A DNA stretch of 64,000 bases from Octopus bimaculoides (taxonomy: Eukaryota), in NCBI RefSeq assembly GCF_001194135.2, contig NC_068990.1, positions 80,348,453 through 80,412,452 of the forward strand, read 5' to 3'. Both the position numbers and the translations under genes were made by a program. The first letter of the stretch is position 1; every line of letters begins with the position of its first letter. This document shows positions 54,941 through 64,000 of this stretch, piece after piece. The notes beneath the pieces are model-generated. The model was not told the DNA's origin. It ran no database searches and saw only the letters and a program-made list of their open reading frames with translations.

Positions 54941-56436
54941 TCTTTTGGTCACTTACCCCTACTACTAGAATATGTTTTTCCTCAGTTTTCCTCAGGGAGA
55001 ATGCATCCGGAAATTTATGCTCGCATATATCTTTAGATCTTCATAATTTTAAGCATCCTAAAACGCTTGCACAACAGAATCACGTGCTTGTATCTTATTC
55101 GATGTAAACTATTAATTAAGGGTGTGTAATTCTCCATGCGTACTTATATGTACATATTATACATGCGTACTTATAATATGTACATACATGCAAAATATAT
55201 ATAAAATCAAAAATGGTTAGTGATAAGCAATGCATTTATTGTTCTCAAGTTTATTAATATAAGTGTATAAAAGGTATTCGATATTTTCAAAGGAAATGAA
55301 ATTAAACACATATCTAGGACATAATTATGTAATATGTTGTTTTCCTCTAGTTGTTCTTTTTCTCTTTGCATGAAGAAAAGATTTCGTTTTGTGTAAGATA
55401 TATATAACTGTAAGCATGACATTAATGATATTGTTTACATTAGGAATTTTGATGTTTTCAGGCCATAAACGTCTCCTGCTGGGTGTTAAAAATCACACAA
55501 CCGATTGCTGACACAATGCGCTTATATACGAATGATATGCAATTAGCTGGCATTTGTTAAACATAAAGTCCTTTAGCAATTAAATGAAGTAAAATTAGGA
55601 TCTATTTACTGTATGTATTTATTTTGCATGTTGTAAAAGCACTGCTACTCTCATCATGTGAATTTGAAGTCATTATTCTTCTGTACATTTATACATGCAC
55701 ACACACATACGCTCACAAACATACAACAAATACACACATACGCACACACAAACATATACATGTGTGGTTCACTTTGACATTAAGAATTCCGTCTAGCTTA
55801 ATGCAGGATCAGAAATTAAAAACTGAATTGAGGAATACAAGAAAAAAGATGCCTAGAATTCGCATAATTAATTTTTCTATCCACTACGAGTTTCTTAGAA
55901 TTTCCAGTTGTTACCAATTATGTATAGCACTAGTTCATTTTTATCTTTGTTTTAGGAATCTCCAGCATGATGCAAGCCGTAACTTATGAATGAGATATAT
56001 TAAGAAGTGACAAATTTCGTTAAATTTAATTATGAAATTAACTAAAACCTACAGCAAATTCAGGGAATGTTGTCGTACCTTTATAGACAAGTGTTAGTTT
56101 CAAAATCGAGCGAGAAAACATTTCTAGTGTTTACATACAGAAGAATAACGGTTTCTAAAGGAATTCAAAAATGACTTCAGTAAGCTAATTTAAAGCCGAT
56201 TTAAAAAAATATTCATTGAACTGCAAGCAATGATTTCAGCGTTATATTTCTTATAGATTATACTTGGAGTAGTCGAAGGGATATCCATTTAAAAGACAAG
56301 CACTTTGACAATCATCGGACTTTGAAAGGAGATTCTCATGGATTCACAATTAGAATTATTCAAATACAAGTGGCTCCTTCTAGTAATGAATTTAATGGAA
56401 AGGTGACGTCCATCTCGAAGTGGGATGTAGGATTAG

Positions 56437-56484
<48 letters not shown>

Positions 56485-56599
56485 GTATATAAGAGATCAG
56501 GATTCAAGTAAATCAGGTATCTGAATAGTAAAGCACCCATTTCGGGTCAAAGAAGTAGCAATCGTGTACAAAACAAAATTAGAGGAACGTATACATACA

Positions 56600-56767
56600 T
56601 AAATTAATTGCTGTTACTCTAGTTGAAATTACATTTATTTAGTTTTGAATGTCAACTGAAGTTAGTTTGCATTAAATACAACTCGAATTCTTAACAAACG
56701 GTATTTGAATATCATCTCCACATTTCTGCCACTTCTTTTCTTTATCTTCTCTTCTCTTATCATGTAT
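56600..56767 (+). repeat. Copy 2 of the local duplication
   Basis: See copy 1; differs by substitutions and small indels. Confidence 0.93.
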
Positions 56768-56803
56768 GTGTTTTTTAATGTCCTTATTATTCTATCTGAG
56801 TAG

Positions 56804-56952
56804 AGACGGATTAATATTCCAGTTGCATATATGATCGCAAAAGCCCAACCAAATATAACACGGGTCTCAATGTTGTACCTAGGAACACACTGCACTAATT
56901 GTACCGGAGCGGGCGTAACGGACTCCAGATCCACGCTAATTGCAAGTTCCGA
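56804..56952 (+). CDS. Likely internal coding exon: RRINIPVAYMIAKAQPNITRVSMLYLGTHCTNCTGAGVTDSRSTLIASS (start uncertain: 56804, 56806 or 56823)
   Basis: GC-rich island after a long pyrimidine-rich tract, bounded by AG acceptors (tag|, tagag|, ttccag|) and donor ga|gtaatg. Frame open, with two N-x-T sequons. The opposite strand also has an open frame. Confidence 0.5.
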
Positions 56953-57469
56953 GTAATGTAAATAATAAATAAGTGACAACATATGGAAATTGGTTCATTC
57001 ACTACAGCTGTTTAAAACGAAGTTTATTGCTGAAAAGAGTTATTACATCATGCGAGAAAATTCCGTTTTCTTAATGTGAATATACACGAATTAAATATCT
57101 TAAAAACATTCCAAGAATCAACATTAAGTGCCGCTTCATGACTCTTGGCTAGCTTCAGCCAAAACATTATTCGCTTACAGTAGTTAGCAGGTTATACAGG
57201 AAAAAAAACATTAGGGTGACAAGAGCGGAGAGGGATTTAGGGAAGAAGTTATAGCGGGAGTAAGAAAGCAGAATGGGGGATGAGAATCAGATATTCTGCT
57301 CTGACTTCAAAAGAAAGGTTATTTCATTTTATTTTTAATCTTTAGATCACTGGGGGACAATGTTCAAGTAAAAAAAAAAAGAGAGAAAAAAACATTAAAA
57401 GATAATGTGGGAGGTGAAATTAACTTCTTATCTCAGTTGTTCCAATTTTATGTTAGAACTTTTTTATCT

Positions 57470-57541
57470 GAACTCTGTAGTTCAGCTAATTATAGAATAT
57501 TTTATTTTTTTTATTCTATAATTAGCTGAACTACAGAGTTC
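57470..57541. repeat. Perfect 30-bp inverted repeat with a 12-nt T-rich loop
   Basis: 57470-57499 gaactctgtagttcagctaattatagaata is the exact reverse complement of 57512-57541 tattctataattagctgaactacagagttc. Confidence 0.98.
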
Positions 57542-59069
57542 CAGCGTTAAAAGCATAAAAATATAACAAGAGATGTTGAAAGGATTTTTTTATATATAGT
57601 GCGAGGAAGAATACATTTGTATTGATATAAATTTCAGTCAAAACCCTAGAATATGTCAAGTAAAGCCGAGTCATTTAAAATTAAAACTTTCAATCAAAAC
57701 TAGATTTTTAGCACCCAAATATTTACGAAGTTTAGTGACAGCCACATATAGGTATCCTGGAATCTATCAAATACTGCTTCTTTATTTAGCCGTATTGTGC
57801 TAAATAAAACAACTACTTTGTGTCATAGTATGCAGTTTGATCTATATCAGAGGGCTCTAAAAGTGAATAAATGAAAGCAATAGAATTTGAAATATGTTCC
57901 GGTGCAAATATCAATAAAATTATGTTAGAAATGATATAAATTCAAAGTAGTTCGGGTCCGAACGTGAAACTATGAAATAACCACGATATTGATTTAACGT
58001 GAAGTAGCCTATGTTATAAAAATATATCATCAAATACAAAAGAATTTACTGGTGTATTTTGTATTTATACCTTTACTTTTAAAGTTAGTTCTGTTTTTGA
58101 TGAATGGGTTTTATTCGATTGATGAATTAATTATTAAATACAGTCTGCTTATGTTTCGAAGAAGTGAATGTTATATGAAAAATTAATAGGTAATATTGTA
58201 AAGAAAACGATTATCAAGACAGGACGAATGATTATATTGTCGTCAGTTTAAAATGGGCAGCTGAAAAGTGGTGAAAAAGTTTCAGAGAAATAAATAGATA
58301 TATAAAGATTGTTAAAGAGAGTAACACATAGGAAGGAAAGAAGAGCAACTATATGTATAAGTTCTATGTAATTCTTTTAAAGATATTCATAAGAGTAGAA
58401 TGAAGAAAAACCATTCTGTACAAACGATTGTACAGTTTGGCTTCTTGGTCAAAATAAGAGAAACAAAACTACAAGATTAATAACTGATAAAGGATTTGAA
58501 AGGAAACAATATAGTTCAGGAATTTCTGTCGATAGTTTCTTTCAATATTTAAAAAATTTCTTTGTATTTTATATTTTTTCTTTCATTTGTAAAGTTTTCT
58601 TTTTGTCTCTTCTTATTCTAAGAACAACAACTGATGAAAATTTATCTCATTTTTATTATTTCATAAACACGATTTGTATTCTTTTTTTCTCGTTAAATTT
58701 TGCTCTTCGACGCCTGATTCTTTCTATAATTTCATATGTGTCTTAATTTCTTAATACAATCTCTATATTTCCTTATCTCTTTCATAACTCTTTACTTTCA
58801 ACCACTCTCAAATCCTTCCTGGTATCTCTTTCATTTAGTTAATATATTTAGTTTCATTGTATTGTAGACTTTATATATCTCTTTTCTCTACCTCTTCATC
58901 TCTTTCCAACAAAATGCCATTTTCTCATTCCTTAACACATTTCTTTCCTTTTCAACTCTGTTTCAATACGCAAAATTTCTCTTGTTTGCCCCCATTTATC
59001 TTACGCAAAATGTATAAACATCCGTTTAGTTGTTCTTTGACACTTCTCCGTCAATATTTAGTGCAGAGT

Positions 59070-59302
59070 AAGGCGTCGAGCTGGCAGAAACTTTAGCCCG
59101 TAGGACGAAATGCTTAGCAGTATTTCGTCTGACTTTACGTTCTGAATTCAAATTCCGCCGAGGTCGACTTTACCTTTCATCTTTTCGAGGTCGATAAATT
59201 AAGTACCAGTTCCGCACTGGGGTCGATGTAATCGACTTAATCCGTTTGTCTGTCCTTGTTTGTCCCCTTTATGTTTAGCCCCTTGTGGGCAATAAAGAAA
59301 TA
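59070..59302 (+). mobile_element. Full-length SINE 'tail A' type (5' half of a heterodimer)
   Basis: Head aaggcgtcgagctggcagaaac, tail ccccttgtgggcaataaagaaata. Confidence 0.95.
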
Positions 59303-59502
59303 AGAAACGTTAACACGCCGGGCGAAATGCTTAGCGGTATTTCGTCTGTCTTTACGTTCTGAGTTCAGATTCCACCTAGATCGACTTCACCTTTCATACT
59401 TTCGGAGTCGATAAATTAAGCACCAGTTGCGTACTGAGGTCGATCTAATCCTCTGCCCCCTTTCCCAAAATTTCGCGCCTTCTTCCTAAAGTAGAAAAGA
59501 AT
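59303..59502 (+). mobile_element. SINE 'tail B' type lacking its first bases (3' half of a heterodimer)
   Basis: Begins agaaacgttaacacgccgggcg and ends gccttcttcctaaagtagaaaagaat. Confidence 0.92.
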
Positions 59503-59704
59503 CTTCAGTACAGAGCATTTCTCCCGTTATATCTATATTAATATTTGTAGTCTGTTTCCCATACTAGCTAATGTTTTCATCTAATTCGTATTCGGTCCTT
59601 TTCTGTTACTGGAAGAAAGAGTAAAATCTAGGCATAATCAATGAATTAGAAAAAAATCAAAAAAGTCAGGACATTTTAAATATTTCTCTTGATATAATAA
59701 TAAT

Positions 59705-59878
59705 CTTCTCTACTACAGACACAAGGCCTAACATTTTGGAGCTGCAACTCATCTATTATATTGATCCTAGTACTTGACTAGTATTTATTTTATGGACCAC
59801 GATAGGATGAAAACGTAAAGAGCCGGTAGAAATGCTAAGCATTTTGTCAGGCATCCGGATGATTCTGTCAGCTCGTGG
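59705..59878 (-). mobile_element. Diverged, internally deleted SINE
   Basis: tcttctctactacagacacaaggcc (tail), gatcctagtacttgactagtatttattt, and aacgtaaagagccgg...atgctaagcattttgtc (head), all in reverse orientation. Confidence 0.7.
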
Positions 59879-60550
59879 TCATATTCTCTCCTGATTTAAC
59901 ATTAACCATAAACTTAGTTTATTGAAATATTTGCGATGAAATACTTATTAGATCTAAGATTTATGACTAAGAGAACGGAATATATGTCAAGCAATAAATA
60001 AAGGAATTATTCCAGTAAATGAAAGCATTCAGTAAATGGCTTGTTCAAATTGATATATTCATGTCCACATTCATACATCGATGATATAAATTCAAAATTC
60101 ATTTCTTTTCCACTCCGCTCTTATCTCTAGAGAGATGCTGATGCATGCATAAGGATACTGAAACATAATTTTGTCAATTTACTAAATGCATTTAAATTAT
60201 TCCCTACTGATGGTGATGTTGGTGTGAGCCATTGCTCTTTGGGTACTTCTTTATCAATAAATGGGTTCAATATGATACTTAACTATTTTGCATAGTTCTG
60301 ATAACATCATGCAAACTACCGCTTACAGGTTGTCCAGTCTTCAGTCTACTCTGTCTGCCATGAATATTTCCTAGCTACAATACTCTGCGAAACAACTGCA
60401 GTATAAAATAGTATACGCCATAGAGGGATGCAAAATACAAGAGATTTCAAGAGGATTTGAAATAAAAATTATTCTGTAAAGAATTTAAAGTAATTGCTTA
60501 ACGTTAGCACTATGTTAAAATCTTGAAGTTTAGGAGTGTAGTCAGCTAAA

Positions 60551-60678
60551 ACGGGGTCCACTGAAAAAGTTCATATGCTGCCCAAGTTATTCAAATAAAA
60601 TTTGACCAGATGAAGTTTATTTTTCAACATAGTCTTCCTTGCGGTCCACATAAATCTTCCATCGGTGTGACAGTGCCT
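60551..60678 (-). mobile_element. Mariner transposase C-terminal remnant with terminal repeat
   Basis: Minus strand ALSHRWKIYVDRKEDYVEK* (compare mariner RWxKCxxxxGDYVEK), followed by a TIR-like end (plus strand acggggtccactgaaaaagttc). Confidence 0.65.
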
Positions 60679-61687
60679 TTCATTGCGCCAAAGGGCTTGA
60701 CCAAATATTTGAAAGTTCGCTTCGCAAACAACCTCCGATTTCGATGTTAATGCGTGGAATTTTAAACAAATGTCGTCTTCTATAACCGCGAGTTGTCCTA
60801 ATATTTGTGAATGAAATTGTGAAGACATGACTATGCGGAATCTATCGCCTTGACAAATAATAATTTTAGTTTACAGAAAAGTCGAATATTCATTGCCATT
60901 TCTAATATTTATAAAATGTCATAAAATTTTAGCAAGTCAGAATATTTCCCAGAACGAACAAAGAAATTTGACTGAAACTTTAACGCAGGTGTTTTCCAAA
61001 GCTGATGGCAACGCCTTCCTCCGTTAATATAATAATGTAGTAATATTCATAAATAAATAAAAAAATATTTCATGAATACCATTTAAGTACGGGCAGGTTT
61101 ATATTTAACGCTTTGTGCCAATAACGTCTTAATCATATGAAATTATACCTGCAATGATGAACAATACTTATTAACACTGACAAGCGAAAGAACTCCGTAA
61201 GTTAAATTTATCAAAATTAAATGGACAAAGGCTGTGAGTCTTATCACTGATATATAAATGAAAGTTCTGGACATGCTTTGGTTTTCTTCAATTGCAACGA
61301 TTATGCAGAGTTTAATTCGTAAATACAAGGACTTAGAAATGGATTAGAATGAATATAATTTTTGAGTAATTTAAAATAATAACATGGGAGAAATTACAAG
61401 GCATATCGTCTACATGAAAATTGCTTACTATGTAGGGGCTCTGTGTATAGTAAAAAGAACAAGAAAATGGTTTAATCATCTGGAATAAAATTGAAAAGTC
61501 AACATTAAAACACCAACCAAGATAAATACAAATATGACTGGCTGCTTTTAAAATATGGGTTGGCTTGGTCATTACCTATGTGAAAATAAAAGCTAACGCG
61601 GGATCTCAGTGTTACTACTCCATCCCTATAAATTTTCCCAAAATCAAAGGCGACTGTTTTGAAATATGATACACATATGATACACAT

Positions 61688-61833
<146 letters not shown>

Positions 61834-63147
61834 TTGTGTGTATGTGTTTGCGTGAGTGTGAGTGTATGTGTGTGCGTACGTCTATGCGTGTGCATGTGTA
61901 TGGATACATACACATATATGCTCACATATACATAAACAGGAGAGTATGCTTGGAACGTTTTCAATCATAAGTGTTTACGATCTGAGTAGACCTAGGAATA
62001 AAGAACATCAATAACAGCAGCAACAACAAAAACAACAACACCAACAACATCAACAACAACTGCACCAATACAATCGGGGATGATCGTACAAGTAGAAAGA
62101 GCTTTGTAAGATTTCTATAGATTTTTTTCGATATATTTAAAATAATATCCCTTTTACTGCAAAATAACGAATTTCCAAATTTCCATATAAAGCAAATGAT
62201 AGACATGAAAGCAATAACATTAACATAAAGCCTCCTCTTATTCGTAAAAATTATACTTATTACAAAGTAATTAAATTTGCCACAAACTGATAAACGATCA
62301 TATAGAATCCATAAAAGAAAGCAAACATATCCAGCTGATTTTGTATTCATGAAGATTCTGTATAACCTATCTAAAATGGACGCTTGGGATATTGAAAAAG
62401 ATTCCCAAATCAGTTTTCCAAACCAGTCAAATCGTGAGCAATACAACAACAAAAGCGGTTAATTGCATTTAGTTTAAAAAGCAATTCAATACCGATATAT
62501 TAATACAGGCCGCTTAGAGCTTTCATCAACTTAAGAAAATGAAACACATGCAACAGTCAATTATATCGTCCAATATTGATGAAAATATAAATATGTCAAT
62601 GTTTACGTTGTTCTAGATGCTGCTGCTGGTGAATAACAACGTGGCAATGGTCGAGCTTTGAAGTTGTGGTTTTCTCCTCGCTTAGGAGTTTGAAAGATTA
62701 TGTTATCCAAAGTGGCTTTTCAATTCTCGAGATTTGGGACATATAATATGAGATTTAACTGTTATTTCTAGCAAGCGGAATAACCACTTTGAATCTTCTT
62801 TGAATGTTCCTATATGTCTTAAGGAAATCGTATTGTACATGGCCAAATAAATCTCCGACTTTTCACAAATGCGTTATGTATCAACTTGTAAATAAAAAAA
62901 AATGCGGTCAATAAATATAGTATTTACCGTGGTGCATGTGATAATGTAGAGACTAACCAATTCCTTACGGTTCAAACCTATAACGTATTTCTAATAAAGA
63001 GAGAAAGAAGTCGTTCTCTTATAAGACCAATAAATACAGAGATGAGGAGAATTTGATGCATTAAACCCATACAACGGGAATGCACAACCATCACCAATAT
63101 ATACGCACGCACATACTTACATGCACATGTATATGTATGTATGTATA

Positions 63148-63191
<44 letters not shown>

Positions 63192-63197
63192 TGTGTG

Positions 63198-63228
<31 letters not shown>

Positions 63229-63849
63229 ATACTGAGGGTGATAACTTTAATATTAATTTAATTAACATCAATTTAAAACCAGTGGCCTAGCATATAAGAA
63301 AAATCTGAAAATTCAGATAAATTGTGTTATACTGGTGATAATTCTNNNNNNNNNNATATATATATATAATGCGTGTCTTTGTATATATGAGCATGCGTAC
63401 ATGTGCTCGTGCGTCTGCGTCTATGTATGTGACGTGGCATACACAATCCGATTGTGTTTGCTCATATGAACAGAAATTGATGGATTTCTCCCTCGCAATA
63501 TATTGACAAACAACTTATTATGAAAATTTAAATTGATATATATATATATAGCAACTACAATTGTAAGTGTCTATAATGAACAAAGACAGTGAAGAAACCG
63601 AGTAAAGCAATGTCGAGCGAAAAGACTGACAAAATAATACATACCGAAATATGAAAGAGGTAAAAAGAAATAGGCAAAATATCGTGAAAAACAATCGGTG
63701 AAGATTTCAACAATACTTAATAGGGATAATATGTTAAATAGTAGAATATAAAAGCTTTTACAGTGTGGAGAGATGTGTAGAATATAAAATAGCTGTTAGA
63801 AATGATATAATGCAATTGTTACAAAAGTCTATTGAATTTTTCCGAATAG

Positions 63850-63888
63850 CTTCCAACAATGTGCTGCGGAAGGAATGAATTCTGTTAA
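63850..63888 (+). CDS. Candidate 39-nt exon (phase 2 to 2): FQQCAAEGMNSV
   Basis: Acceptor ttttttccgaatag|, donor aa|gtgagt, one open frame. Confidence 0.25.
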   Translation, partial: LPTMCCGRNEFC

Positions 63889-64000
63889 GTGAGTGGGGTT
63901 GGGGACGTTTCTGTTACTAAGTGATAGATATGGCAAATGCACATGTAATAAATATTATATATATATATTTATATATGTATCTATATGAATATATATATAT

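Noticed and set aside
54958-55040. Minus-strand perfect donor gg|gtaagt with a short open frame
   Set aside because: The good upstream acceptor gives stops in all frames, and the acceptor that gives an open frame is poor.

Overview
Repeat-rich, AT-rich eukaryotic DNA from a gapped assembly (10 N-gaps, most flanked by simple repeats). The SINE families, (TATC)n/(CA)n/(TA)n density and LINE types resemble what I recall of Octopus; that is recognition from memory, not a search result. There is no complete gene, no rRNA, no true tRNA and no CRISPR array. Nearly all ORFs in the supplied track are microsatellite or gap artefacts. Well supported: many tRNA-derived SINEs, decayed Penelope-like and CR1-type reverse transcriptases, two 3' ends of an R4/Dong-like LINE tied to (AAT)n arrays, and three Tc1/mariner relics. 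One convincing + strand coding exon (40849-40984) and a second likely one (56804-56952) suggest much of the window is intron of a large gene I cannot name. Best leads: a perfect 30-bp hairpin at 57470-57541, nested insertions in a TAA microsatellite at 47841-49105, recurrent SINE-in-SINE heterodimers, and a phase-compatible chain of candidate + strand exons. I found no evidence for a complete novel system.
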